Source: the human T2T-CHM13v2.0 reference genome, Homo sapiens. From it: DNA of 64,000 nucleotides. The stretch lies in NCBI RefSeq assembly GCF_009914755.1, contig NC_060942.1; one strand, given 5' to 3'. Numbering within the stretch: position 1 is the stretch's first letter; each line of letters starts with the position of its first letter. Shown here one piece after another: positions 15,558 to 29,223 of this stretch. A program made the translations under genes and the position numbers. The notes beneath the pieces were generated by a model. It saw nothing but the letters and a program-made list of their open reading frames with translations, did no database searches and had not been told where the DNA came from.

Positions 15558-15980
15558 ACCAAGCCAAAACAGAAAAATTCTTAAAATGGTCAGTTTAATT
15601 TTCATTGCTTCTGCCTCACAAATCAAGTCAGGAAAACATTGCTATGTGTTGTCATGGTTTTCATATTACTCCCTAGAAATTTTGAAAATGTCAAAGCTAT
15701 GAAAATGCCAGTGGTGCTTGGGCAGTAATGGGACCTACATAAATTTAACAGGTTTAATATTTTAAATATTAACAGGCAAAGACACCACCTGGAGGGTGAA
15801 ATAATAATTGCCATGATTCTCATATTTCAAGTTGTTTTATTTATTAAATGAAACAGTAACTTCAGTTCAGAAGACCCATGTTTATCTATTTCACCAAGAT
15901 CCTTCAAAGTACTGTTGAAAAACAACCAATCAAATAAGGTATGCATTTTTAGCAAAAGCACCCATGGCATTTTATGAAAT

Positions 15981-16182
15981 TTATTTTATTAGTTCATTAG
16001 TGCATGAGAGGTAACTGTCATTTTGCTGGAGCTCATCATTACAAGTAGAAACTATACTCAGCTTCAGCGTCGGAATGGCTCTCTCAGGGACACTTAGAGA
16101 TGCAATATCTCATCCTGATGGCTTTCCATGCACCAGCCTTGAAACAATCATGCATTCCCCAGTTGCAGTTAAGCCAGGTTCT
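15981..16182 (-). pseudogene. Exon-like segment EPGLTATGECMIVSRLVHGKPSG*DIASLSVPERAIPTLKL... with one TGA at 16110-16112
   Basis: Pyrimidine-rich acceptor tcctgtttcttcctaagtttctatag|A; phase matches the donor of 25470-25677; donor not defined. Confidence 0.35.
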
Positions 16183-16765
16183 CTATAGAAACTTAGGAAG
16201 AAACAGGATTGAGGATGTTACCTACACCTACACGTGGGGACATACATTGTTCCGTACTGAAATGAACTCTGAAAGACTAGAGACCTATTTTAGTGGCCTT
16301 ACTGCACCACTTCTTAGTTTCTTGTTTTTAGATATGTTAATTAATGGTTTTGAACCCAGTTTCCAAAACAGGGATATTAAGAATTAGCCCATGTGAGGCT
16401 CGGGGGGTGGGCTCAAAGATTCCTTAAGGTACAATTTAACTCTAAAGTTCCTCTCAGCTTTTTATTTTCCAGGAAGCCCTTCTTTCTCTCCTGTTGTCTT
16501 TACATTTGTGTCAGGATCCATGGAGAAGATACATGGAAGTAGGGGACATTGCCCACCTCATAGGTTGTCCCCTGAGTCATTGGTTTTGGAGTTATTTAGG
16601 GTCAGACATCTGGTTCTGTTTCCTTGTAAGGCTTGACTAAGGGAACTGTCTTTTAGAAGGCCCAAGCTCATTGCTTGAAACCAAAACAATTAAATATGTT
16701 GATTTTTATTATGTAAATTATTTTATCCTCTATATCTTAAAGTATAATGTTAGAATCGATTCGTT

Positions 16766-16935
16766 GGCTGGGTGTGGTGGCATGCCTCTGTAATTGCAAC
16801 ACTTCAGGAGGCTGAGGCAGGAGGATTGTGGGAGCCCAGGAGGTCGAGGCTGCAGGGAGCTGTGTTTATGCCACTGCACTGCAGCCTGGGCCACAGAGTG
16901 AGACCCTGTCTCTAAATATATATATATATATATAT
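16766..16935 (+). mobile_element. Alu monomer (FRAM/AluJ right-arm-like) with (TA)n tail
   Basis: ggctgggtgtggtgg...gagaccctgtctctaaa. Confidence 0.85.
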
Positions 16936-17499
16936 GAGTTATGTATATGTAAATTCTATATTTGTTGAGGAAATAAATAAGTTCCAGTTCTCATAATACA
17001 CCATTCTTTTTAAAGTAGTTTTTCTGAGGAAATCACTTTTTAACGCGGTTGAAATATAGTGTTTAATTCCTATGCTTACTGATTATTAATTTTTTTATTT
17101 TTTAAACTTAAAATGTATAATTCTAATTATTTTTCTTTCCAAGTAGTAATTTCTGATATGATAAAATTTCCTATTTTCTCTGAATTTATCCACTTGCATT
17201 AATTGTTACAGTACTGCTCTAAATGAAAAAGAGAATTCAAAGTAAATATTATGATTGAAAAAATGGTACCTTCAAAAATGAATCAATCACTGTCTTTAAG
17301 TTTTTTTCTTTAAGTTAACCAAAGAAACTTTTTTTTTTTTTTGAAATATTAACAGCCTCAAAAGTGACCAAAGAGAAGGAAGTGAGTGTTGTGAGACTGC
17401 ATATTCTCAGGGCACCTAGTCCAGGTGAGAGCCTGCTGGCTGAGGGCACTTGCTCCGTTCTGGGCACTGCCTGGTCCAGCTGTTGGCCACTCGACCTTG

Positions 17500-17610
17500 G
17501 GTTGGGCGTGAGCCATCGCTTGGTTCAGTTGCAGGAAAGATGAAGCTTCCCATCTCAAGGCTGTGGTGAGGATTAAATGAATTAACATACGAAGAGCACT
17601 TGGCATAGCT
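17500..17610 (+). mobile_element. MIR fragment
   Basis: gctgtggtgaggattaaatgaattaacatacgaagagcacttggcatag. Confidence 0.65.
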
Positions 17611-17840
17611 CCTGCAACTTTGTAAGGAGGCAGAAAATATTAGCTGATTAGATAACGATGGTGATGATAATTCTAAGCCCCTGAGCCATGTTGCCAGAAA
17701 TGATTTCTTGTAGTAATTTCTATAGACCCATGATTTCTCCTCTGGATAGTGGCTGATGTTCATTATTCAGGGGGAAGGAATGTGTGCAAATTCTCCACGT
17801 GGCTGTTGGATGTCATAGTAAAGATGTGGAAAAGACTTAC

Positions 17841-18085
17841 GGAGTTAACAGTCTAAAGCCACCCAACCAGCCTGTGGCCGGCTATTTCCCTATCAGACCC
17901 TCCGCTACTGCTCAGCTGGGCTCTCTCTGCTGTTTGATTCCCAGCATTATTTGAACGGCGTCTGTGCCTCATTGCTGCTCTCAGATCCTGCACTGTGGCA
18001 CTCGGCTTCTGCTCTGCACAGCAGACTCCCCGAGACCTGGGTTTTTCCCTTCTCGTGCAGAGGGAGGGTGGGGGGCGGTTCTTCC
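17841..18085 (-). promoter_or_regulatory. Possible internal promoter and first exon on the minus strand
   Basis: Locally CpG-enriched unique island, GC box gggggcgg near 18070, donor CC|gtaagt at 17835-17840, no obvious acceptor. Confidence 0.25.
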
Positions 18086-18199
18086 TGGGCTCAAAGCTCC
18101 TTCTCCACCACCCCATTTGTACCCTCTGATTTTCTCTGGAATCCTGTTTTGTTTCCTTTCTCTCTTGTATTTTCAGCTTGCCCCTTTTCCTGACTTACT

Positions 18200-18896
18200 C
18201 TCACCTTAGAAACACACATGCATACTTAATTCCCCTTCACTGCTTTCTTTTTCCCATGGCACAGCCAAGCTTCTTGAAAGACAAGACAACAATACCCATC
18301 TCCCCTGCTTCCCACCTTATTCACTTTTAGCTCAATGCCTTGCATCTCTGTCCTCTTCACTCTGGTAGTTTGCAGTGGCATCATTCAAAGATGTCTTTTT
18401 TTCTTTACTAGAATACTTTGGTGACAACACCAGACTTTTCTGGATATCTTTTCATGTTCCTGATTTTTACATTTTCTTCTGCTGGTTCATCTTTGTGTGA
18501 ATGATACTTAAATAATAGTATGACCAGGGCACTTTGCTGTGCTCTTTTTCCCACTAAATATTCTTCTTGGGGGATCTCATTCATTATGATCTATGTTGAT
18601 TGTCATCAAATACATCTTGCATATAACAATTTTCTGATCTCCAAATTGGCATATGTAGAACACACCTAATGCCCCACACTGACAAGTTGGTTATGAAGGT
18701 CCTGCTCTTCTATTTCAAACCAGGTATCATGATATCATCTTTTCTCTGAGGTCAACGTACTGTTTTATCTTAGTGGTCTGCATTGTGAGCTACAAGAAGG
18801 CAGCATTTCTGTTTTTTTTTTAATTGCTGAATCCCCTGTACCTAAAACAGTGCCTGGCACAGAGTAAGCACTCAAGATAATTATTGAATCAATGAA
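18200..18896 (+). mobile_element. L2 LINE fragment including its 3' end
   Basis: acctaaaacagtgcctggcacagagtaagcactcaa...ttgaatcaatgaa. Confidence 0.7.
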
Positions 18897-19327
18897 TGTA
18901 TTAGTTAGGGTTCTCTAGAGGGACAGAGCTAATGGAATGGATATACATATAAATGGAGTTTATTAAGTATTAACTCACACGATCACAAGGTCCCACAATA
19001 GGCCATCTCCAGGCTGAGGAGCAAGGAGAGCCAGTATGAGTTCCAAAACTGAAGAACTTGGAGTTTGATGTTCAAGGGCAGGAAGCATCCAGCACGGGTG
19101 AAAGATGTAGGCTGGGAGGCTAGACCAGTCTCTCTTTTCACATTTTGCTGCCTGCTTACATTCTAGCTGTCCTGGCAGCTGATTAGATGGTGCTAACCCA
19201 GATTAAAAGTGGGTTTGCCTTTTCCAGCCCACTGACTCAAATGTTAATCTTCTTTGGCAACACCCTCACAGACACACCCAGGATCAATACCTGTATTCTT
19301 CAATCAAGTTGACACTTAGTAGTAAAA
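18897..19327 (-). mobile_element. MLT2A-type (ERVL) solo LTR
   Basis: tgtattagttagggttctctagagggacag...caatcaagttgacac; flanking atgaa repeat as probable TSD. Confidence 0.85.
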
Positions 19328-19751
19328 ATGAATGTGATAGTTAAAGGTTATATTTCTATTTGCTCAAAGTGCAGTGAAGTAATACTAAGACAATGGAGAA
19401 GTGAGAATAGAACATTGAGTTTGATATCAGCTACTCCTGTGAGTCTACTTTGAATATAATCTATGGTGTTTTCCCCAACAACTCTTTGACCACGTGCTTT
19501 GGGGTTGTGTTGCCCTCATAGTTTCCTTGATCTCTGTGACCTGCTCCACCAAGCTCTGTTTGTTACTGTACAAAGCAGGCCCCCTTTCTGGGTACAGTTA
19601 TCTCTCTTAAACAGACCCAGATATTCCACTCAAAGTAGGGAGGTGTGGGCCTGGATAACAAGAGTAAAGACCAATTCCAAACATGAAAATTAACAATGCA
19701 ATTATGGTTTTCTTCCAGCACATTTTTACTTTCCATGGTAATTTTGAAACT

Positions 19752-20337
19752 TGCATAAAATAAAATATAATTTTAGGCTCCTCTAACTTCATTATCCAAG
19801 GGAGAAGGGTAAGGCTTGGGGGATGAGCCACATAGCACATAGCATATATAGACTTTATATAAAGTTATATAAATTAATAACTTCTATTTTTTAGATTATA
19901 GATTAACTCTGTCCCTCATTGTTTTTGTTTTATAAATGACAAGGAGAGACCAGAGACCAGGCCTGCTCTCCTTCCAATCACTGATTGCTGTTATAGATTA
20001 ACTGCCTCTTCTATTGCCTTGTACCTCAGACCAGGTGATGCCAAAAACCCCATGACTGTTATATCTTCAGTGTGAAATGTTAAATATACTTGCCCCTCAA
20101 AAAAGACCACCTCAGCTATTCAGATCATTGTAATGATGCATTAAGCCTTATATAATGAGATGTTAAAATTCTGTTAAACTTCCTTCAACTTTGTCTATAT
20201 AAATGAACCTAAACTTCTATACTTTGGAACACTGACTTTGATCCTTTAGAAGATGTGTTTCCTGGATGGCTTTGCTCAAACTTTACATTGAAATAAACTC
20301 TCTTTAAACTAGGCTCTGATTCTTTAGTAGGTTGACA
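19752..20337 (+). mobile_element. 5' LTR of a MER4-group ERV1 (LTR49-like)
   Basis: TG...CA termini, TATA-like tatataaa, aataaa, ends gttgaca immediately before a PBS. Confidence 0.8.
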
Positions 20338-20340
20338 TTT

Positions 20341-20358
20341 TGGCGACCCAGATGGGAC
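20341..20358 (+). other. Retroviral primer-binding site complementary to the tRNA-Arg(CCG) 3' end
   Basis: TGGCGACCCAGATGGGAC, 3 nt after the LTR; matches the reverse complement of ...GTCCCATCTGGGTCGCCA as I recall the human tRNA-Arg-CCG sequence. Confidence 0.85.
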
Positions 20359-21804
20359 CTTAAGCTAGCCTGCAGTGATCCTCGCTGTTTCACTGACAAG
20401 CAGGGCCTGGGTACCAGCACACACAGCTTTCATTTACCCAAGCTCGCCAGGGCTGGCAAGGGTCTCTGGGAAGGCTCCTCTCAGATTGTAAATCTGTCTG
20501 GTTTAGGGTGAGATTTAGACTTTATTCCGGTGACCCGATTCCACGCTTGATGCAGCTGACAGTGAAGCCCTGCTTTAAGGTAGAAATTCTGTTTTTGTTC
20601 TCTAGAAGTTGTGCTGTTCACAAATTAGTGATCTTCACTTTTCTCTGAGGTTAAGGGTTGTTTGTTAAGCTACTTATTAAAATTCACGCTGCCTTTTCCC
20701 TTATTCAAATTTTAGTCAGGAAAAAAATTTCTCTCTCTCAAAAAGAGTGAATATTTTATGGCTTAGGCAAAATTTACAATTAAAAATATTAATTTATAAT
20801 TAAAAAAACAAAACTCTGAAGCTCAGTTTATTTGACGTATCTGAAGTCCCTTTTTGAAGTGACCAAAGCCAATACAATTTTTCCTGTGAGGACCAATGTA
20901 AGTCCCCAGCGTGAGGAGCACTATTTCTCCCGGCCAAAAATCACCTTAGGCCACGAAGGTCTTGTGGGAGTGTTTGACCTCATTGCTCACGACATAAAAC
21001 AATCTCATAGGAAATTATCCCCCCAGAAACACTCAAAAATTCTAGCTTAGCCTGGTGGCCACATATGAGGGGCTGACCTCCCAGTGCCTTCAGATCCCAG
21101 GATTCCTGGGTTTTACCAAGACATGTAAGAGGGGAAAAGTGACTCGTGAGTGACACCTCAAAATACAATTCTCATTAAGCAGCACACCAGATCCAAAACA
21201 TCTTTCCCTTTCAATCTTTAATTTCTTAAAAAGAGAACCCAAATTATAGGTAGCTGTCCATCTGAAACCAAGTCTTCCTCCTTAACGGAGATTCGTCCTT
21301 AGAAACTGCAGCTAGATTTATGTCCAATACTTATGGCACCACCTCCTGTCAATATCTAAAAAATAAAATGGTGTTACTTAACCCATAAAAAAGCCACACA
21401 ACAGCCAAAATGATACACCTTTAAAATATCAGAATTAATTGATTTACTTTACAATGAAAAGTACTGGCTCTAAAATGAAACAAAATAATTGGGAGACTTC
21501 CTTCCTATAGTACTTAGAAGCATCTACAAGAGGCTCTGACAAAATTCTTTCCATAAATGAAGAAAAAAGCTCCCTAAAATAAATGAATAAATAAGCAGCT
21601 GAAGCTGATTCTCTCCTGCTTCATTTCTTCTCTTCCCCGTCTGAACCGTCTCACCTGCACTCACCTTTGCCTCCTTTGATCCCCTCCTCCCACTCTTGCT
21701 CTTCTAGCTTAATCTCAGAAACAGCGAATATCTGGCAGAGGAAAGCCCACCTTAGTTTATCAGCCATCATCAAAAGTAAACCTTAAAGACATAAGAGATT
21801 TCCT

Positions 21805-22123
<319 letters not shown>

Positions 22124-22136
22124 TCTAATTTCCACG

Positions 22137-22236
22137 AGGATCCTATTGGTTTTGCCAGAAAGCTTAAGCTTAATATCAAAGTTACAAGGACCCTATTGGT
22201 TTTGCCAGAAAGCTTAAGCTTAATATCAAAGTTACC
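22137..22236. repeat. 50-bp tandem duplication (2 copies, 48/50 identical)
   Basis: aggatcctattggttttgccagaaagcttaagcttaatatcaaagttac repeated. Confidence 0.95.
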
Positions 22237-22537
22237 ACCCTGTTTTTTCTGATCTATATCAACTAGTTCACATGTTAATTTTTTTAAAGTAAAAATTAAG
22301 TAGCTAGACACAAAAGAAGGGGTTTTTAAAAATGTGTCTTAGCTACTTAATTACAAAAGAAGATCACACATGTGCCTGTGAGGTTACAAAGACTTTGCTC
22401 CAAGCCATCCATTTAGTCTTCCAAAAAGTGGTAGACGAGAAGAAAATATAGCAATGTTGGCAAAATCCAGATAAATCAATACTGACATAGGTTGAGACGT
22501 TTAAAAACATCTTTAAACAATATTGAAGATTATCTAA

Positions 22538-23701
22538 TTTTTTATACCAGTACCATAGTGTTTTGCTGGCTATGGGTTTATAGTATAGTTTGAAATCAGG
22601 TAGTGTGATGCCTCCAGATTTGTTCTTTTTGCTTAGTCTTGCTTTGGCTATGTGGGCTCTTTTTTGGTTCCATATGAATTTTAGAGTTGTTTTTTCTAAT
22701 TCTGTGAAGAATGATGGTGGTATTTTGATAGGCCATTGGAACAGAATAGAGAACCCAGAAATAAACCCAAATACTTACAGCCAACTAATCTTCCACAAAG
22801 CAAACAAAAATATAAAAGTGGGGAAAGGACACACTTTTCAACAAACGGTGCTGGGATAATTGACTAACCACATGTAGGAGAATAAAACTGGATCCTCATC
22901 TCTCACCTTATACAAAAATCAACTCAAGTTGGATTAAGGACTTAAATCTAAGACCTGAAACATTAAAAATTCTAGAAGATAACATTGGAAAAACCCTTCC
23001 AGACATTGGCTTAGGCAAGGATTTCATGACCAAGAACCCAAAAGCAAATGCAATAAAACCAAAGATAAATAGATGGGACTTAATTAAATTAAAGACCTTT
23101 TGCACGGCAAAAGGAACAGTCAGGAGAGTAAACACACAACCCTCAGAGTGGGAGAAAATCTTCACGATGTATACATCTGACAAAGGACTAATATCCAGAA
23201 TCTATAACAAACTCAAACTTTAGCAAGAAAGAAACAATCCCATCAAAAGTTGGCTAAGAACATGAATAGACAATTTTCAAAAGAAGATATACAAATGGCC
23301 AGCAAACATATGAAAAAATGCTTAACATCACTAATAATCAGGGAAATACAAATCAAAACCACAATGCAATATCACCTTACTCCTGCAAGAATGGCCATAA
23401 TCAAAAAATCAAAAAACAGTAGATGTTGGCATAGATGCTGTGATCAGGGGACACTTTTACACAGCTGGTGGGAATGTAAACTAGTACAACCACTATGGAA
23501 AACAGTGTGGAGATTCCTTAAAGAACTAAAAGAGGTAGAACTACCATTTGATCCAGCAATCCCACTACAGGGTATCTACCCAGAGGAAAAGAGTCATTAT
23601 ATGAAAAGGATACTTGCACATGCATGTTTATAGTGGCACAATTCACAATTGCAAAATTGTGGAACCAACCCAAATGCCCATCAGTCAAAGAGTGGATAAA
23701 G

Positions 23702-23753
<52 letters not shown>

Positions 23754-24336
23754 GAATACTACTCAGCCATAAAAATGAATGAGTTAATGGTATTCACAGT
23801 GACTGGGATGAAATTGGAGACTATTATTCTAAGTGAAGTAACTCAGGAATGGAAAACCAAACATCGTATGTTCTCACTGATATGTGGGAGCTAAGCTATG
23901 AGGATGCAAAGGCACAAGAATGATACAATGGATTTTGGGAAATTGAGGGGAAGGATGGGACAGAGGCGAGGGATAAAAGTCTACAAATAGGGTGCATTGT
24001 ATACTGCTCAGGTGATGGGTGCGCCAGAATTTCACAAATCACCACTACAGAACTTACTTATGTGACCAAACACCACCTGTACCACAATAACCTGTGGAAA
24101 TTAATATATATATATGTGTGTGTATATATATATATATACATGTATATAATTTGAAGATATTTTCCATTTTATATAATCCAAATGTATCAACAATGAGATT
24201 TCAAAATGAAAACCACATAGAAACATTAAAGCAAAAATATTACTTAACCTGTTAATAAATCATAATTTCTGGTTGTAAAGTTCTATGTGCAAAAATATAA
24301 AAGAAAAAAATTGAAATACAATACTGGCAAACAACA
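22538..24336 (+). mobile_element. 5'-truncated, 5'-inverted L1 (L1PB-like) with internal (CA)n and extra 3' sequence
   Basis: Antisense ORF2 piece 22538-22728, sense ORF2/3' UTR 22728-24100, TSD aagattatctaa at 22526-22537 and 24337-24348. Confidence 0.9.
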
Positions 24337-25469
24337 AAGATTATCTAAAGAAAGTTATGCTAATCATCAAAATGATATTCTCAGTTTCAATTTTATAAAT
24401 AGAGTAGATAAAAAAATTGACAATAATAAAAAAACAATGTCTGAGTTGGGCAATTTCTCAGACTCATAATTTGGTTAACCTTGCTGATCAATTACTTTTA
24501 ACTGAAAGAGAGAGAGAGAGATAGAGAGATCAAACAAAAAAGACTAATAAAATTATAAATCTACAATTAAAACAACTATCCACTTAGTCTAGACCTCCAA
24601 AATACCCCCCAGTAAACCTCAAAACAAACCTAACTTTCCACTTCACAATTGCTACAAAAAACCCGGACACTTAAAAAATGCCAAAAACTAAAACAAAGGA
24701 AATAACAGCATGCAACAAAAAAAATAGGGATACTCCAAAAAAACTTCAAGAGACTTTTCCCTTCCTTCTTACTAGCAACCTGGGAGAAATAAAAATTATT
24801 TTTTTAAAAAAGATACAAGCTCTGTTGACACTGGAACTACATTATCTCGAATTAATCTCACATTGCAGAGTCTCTTTTCTCAAAATTAACAAACAATTCA
24901 AATGATGGGTGTCAACGAGTACTCCTATATTGGTACATAAATTTCAGCCTATAGCTTTTCAGCGAAATCTTTCTCAGTCTATAGCTTTACAGCTAGATCT
25001 TTTACAAGACTCATATTTTTCTCTTAGTTCCCTCAGCCCCATCCATTTAACAAAAAGAAACTTTAAAAAATATACTCACATTTCTTTTTCCCCAAATGCA
25101 GGCATGTGTTTAGAATTAGAAGACAAAAATGAATTACTAGATATAGTGAGTTTTTGGAATCTGATTCTCTTCATTTACAAATTGCAAATTATGTTACCAA
25201 AGAGGACATTAAATTATTGAGTGATAAAGAATTACAAAAACTGCTAAAGGCATACTGGATTGTCTGTGGTCTGTCTTTTGCTGACATAAAAAACAAGAAA
25301 TCTTGAAGATGATAATCATATAGCCTGAGCCATACTTGAGTTAATGTTGACTGCATCTGGCTGTAAGTCAACAACATGGGAAGAAAAATCTTTATTTTCA
25401 TTTTCTGTCATCCGAGAGTGAACATTTTGGCTTAACAGATCTACCCCCTTGGATGTGGAGAACACATAC

Positions 25470-25677
25470 TTATTGATTTGTACATGAGGCTTTCCATTAG
25501 CACGTGAAATTAGCATGGATTTCTTTTTTTGCTCTTCGTTGATGTACCAGTAGGGGGTGGATCCACATCGGGTTGGTGACTCAGTCCTAGTCTCCGTGGA
25601 ATAGTGATTACAGGAAGTACAGGAGCACACACTGTCCCTCCCCGCTTTTGGCAATAATCCCCACTGTTTCACAGGAA
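25470..25677 (-). CDS. Candidate coding exon, phase 1 to 2 (xPVKQWGLLPKAGRDSVCSCTSCNHY...SMLISRANGKPHVQIN)
   Basis: Acceptor ttattgcttctgtttcag|TT, donor TAA|gtatgt; lies inside a 138-codon ORF in unique sequence; the other two frames are closed. Confidence 0.45.
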
Positions 25678-26099
25678 CTGAAACAGAAGCAATAATTTTG
25701 TCCCCTTGGAATAAATGGTTCTGAATAGTCAAGATGGAAAATATAGCACAAAGTCATGGCTTTCACTACAAAGAGCTGGGCCTCTGCAGTCAGATAAAAA
25801 AGGGTTCCTGTATTAGTTTTAACACGTTTTCTGTGTAACCTTGAATATATTATTTAACTTCTTTCAATTCATTCATCTATAAAATGTGGCTAGAAGTACT
25901 GTCCTTGTCTGGCTGTTCTGAGGACCAGGAATAACATACATAAGATATCTGGCACACGAAAACTGCTGTGTGTACTCTTGTAAAAATAGACCGTGTATGA
26001 TGTATGCCGAAAACCCATGAGCTTCTCCCTCTCCTCTGGAAAGGAAGTGAGATTTTGTAAAGTTGTATGAAGAAGCACTTTGGTCTGGCATAGGAGGAG

Positions 26100-26254
26100 G
26101 TTTTCCAGACTTAGGAAGTAAAAATACCAGATACCCAGTTAAATTTGAATTTCAGAAAAGAAATGAATAATATGTTTTAATATAAGTATATCCCATGCTA
26201 TGTATGGCATATACTTGTTTAACTGGGTGCTCTGTACCTTATATGGCAACCCTA
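26100..26254. mobile_element. MER53-like hAT MITE
   Basis: aaaaataccagatacccagttaaatttgaatttcag...aactgggtgctctgtaccttatatggcaacccta. Confidence 0.7.
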
Positions 26255-26632
26255 TGGGAAACTGTTTTGAAAAACTTTTTTTTTCTTTTCTTGGACTATT
26301 CTAAGGTCTTATTCTTTCCTCAATAGTCTCATCCTGTGTTTGACAATGGTGGTGCTTGCTGAAGCAGCAAACTGTAGTGATGGCCTGGGCATAAATGCCC
26401 TGTTATTGGAGCACTCCTTGTTCTTCATTTGTGATACAGTCTACTACACAGGTTTGCATATTGTTACAATTCAATTGGTTAATAAATATCATGGATTTGG
26501 AAACATGACTGGCACTTAATAAGTTTTCCAAATGTTAATTATTTCTATATTTAATTTATTTTAGTATGTTCACTTTTTTCACATTTTAAGATTTTAAAAT
26601 TTGAAAGTGTGTTTGAATTGATGTCGATTTAC

Positions 26633-26828
26633 AATTGCTGTTGGCTTGGCGGCAGTTGTAATGTAGGAACATGCACAAACTTGAACACCACTGTTCATAT
26701 CATCATGGCTTCACTTGAGTTATATGCACCATTTGAAAAAACTTCACTTCTTGGAAAAGAAGGCATGGCAGGGGATCTCAGAGGAATAGCGGGGAATCTC
26801 AGAGGAACATGGCAAGATAAGTCTTTCC
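26633..26828 (-). pseudogene. Disrupted exon-like segment KDLSCHVPLRFPAIPLRSPAMPSFPRSEVFSNGAYNSSEAMMI*
   Basis: Acceptor gatttctttctaag|GG, donor-like ATT|gtaaat, TGA at 26695-26697; shares PRxEVFS with the 131-375 exon. Confidence 0.4.
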
Positions 26829-26931
26829 CTTAGAAAGAAATCCTTCCAAGGCTCAGAGAAAGAATAGAAAGGCTGGGCTTTCATGGATAAAAGCCACCGG
26901 AGTATGAGGAAAGCGTTAGTTCTTGGTGCAT

Positions 26932-27691
26932 TTTCTTTTTTTAAAAATTTTTATTATTATACTTTAAGTTCTGGGGTACATGTGCAGAATGTGCAGTTTT
27001 GTTACATAGGTATACACGTGCGATGGTGGTTTGCTGCACCCATCAACCCGTCACCTACGTTAGGTATTTTTACTAATGTTATCCCTAACCCCCCACCCCT
27101 GACAGACCCTGGTGTGTGATGTTTCCCTCCCTACGTCTATGTGTTCTCATTGTTCAACTCCCACTTATGAGTGAGAACACCCGGGGGTTGGTTTCTCTCT
27201 TCTTGTGATAGTTTGCTGAGAATGATGGTTTCCAGCTTCACCCATGTCCCTGCAAAGGACATGAACTCATCCTTTTTTATGGCTGTATAGTATTCCATGG
27301 TGTATATGTGCCACATTTTCTTTATCCAGTCTATTATTCATGGACATTTGGGTTGGTTCCAAGTCTTTGCTATCGTGACTAGTGCCGAAATAAACCTATA
27401 TGTGCATGTGTCTTTATAGTAGAATGATTTATCATCTTTTGGGTATATATCCAGTAAAGGGATGGCTGGGTCAAATGGTATTTCTAGTTCTAGATCCTTG
27501 AGGAATCACCACACTGTCTTCTATGATGGTTGAACTAATTTACACTCCCACCAACAGTGTAAAAGAATTGCTATTTCTCCACATCCTCTCCAGCATCTGT
27601 TGTTTCCTGACTTTTTAATGATTGCCATTCTAACTGGTGTGAGATGGTATCTCATTGTGGTTTTGATTTGCATTTCTCTAATGACCAGTGA
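26932..27691 (-). mobile_element. L1PA 3' end
   Basis: ttattattatactttaagttctggggtacatgtgcag... canonical L1PA 3' UTR/ORF2 end in reverse. Confidence 0.95.
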
Positions 27692-27754
27692 CTGTTGTTT
27701 ATAAGGTACCCAGTCTACAGTATTTTGTCATAACAGCCAGGAAAGATAAGACAA

Positions 27755-28287
<533 letters not shown>

Positions 28288-28659
28288 GACACTATATGTC
28301 TATATGTCTAAGTACATCTAGGAGATTTCTCTAAATATTATAACTCAAAGTGAGAAGAAAGCATTGGGTCACTTCAGTTGGTCTCATTATTTTTTGAAAT
28401 ATCTGTATGACTTAGAACCAAAGGAATTTTAGAATCTATAAATGAAGTATTGTTTATTTTCTCTAGCCTTGCTCCCACTAAGAATAATGACACCAACATT
28501 CCCAGGGGATCGTCTTCATTCGGTTGCTTTTATTGAGCACGGCCTTCTCTTCTAGGCACTTTGTGTTAAGCAAAGGATGAAAAAGCAAAGAAAACAGAAG
28601 TGAACCTGACATTGTGGACTTTTTGTTCTAGGCCTGAGGTCAAAAGAGGTCAAAAGGTT

Positions 28660-28978
28660 CTAGGCCTATGAAAGTCCAGATGTTAACAAGTTTAGGCTTT
28701 CTGGACTGTACAGCCTCCATTGCTGCTACTCAGCTCTGTCACTGTATCCTAAAGACAGCCATAAACAGTGTCTAGATGAATGAGTGCAGTTTTGATGCCA
28801 AAAACTTTATGGACACTGGAATTTGAATTTCCCATGCATTTTTAAATATACGTCACAAAATATCCTTATTTTGATTTTTTCTGCTTAGAAATATAAAATG
28901 CATTCTTGGCTTTCAGGCTGTACCAAATCCAGAGATTGGCCATATTTTGCCCACAGGCTATAGTTTTTCAGACCCTGT
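28660..28978. mobile_element. MER58B-like hAT-Charlie element
   Basis: gctactcagctctgtcactgta...aaactttatggacactggaatttgaatttc...ggctatagtttttcagaccctg. Confidence 0.75.
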
Positions 28979-29223
28979 TCTAGAGGATGAGGAAGGTAAA
29001 AATAGGCAAACAGGCAAATGAAGTGAGTACATACTGTGAGGAAGCACACACGAGGGCTAAACCGGAGACCAGGAGACAATGCCTCCCATAGGAAGGGAAG
29101 GCTGGAGGCTTCTGCAAAGATGAAACAGGCTGAGAAGCAGCTGGCCTAGGAATGTCCTTAAAGGGCTTGCAAGCAGAGGGAACAGCTCACATACAGAACT
29201 TAAGACCGAAGAATGCCTGAGCT

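Noticed and set aside
23026-23633. L1 ORF2-like peptides
   Set aside because: Frameshifted fragments of a truncated L1, not a functional CDS
28490-28610. Minus-strand exon candidate after a long pyrimidine tract
   Set aside because: Core matches the antisense L2 3' end (tttattgagcac...ctaggcactttgtg) and there is no good donor
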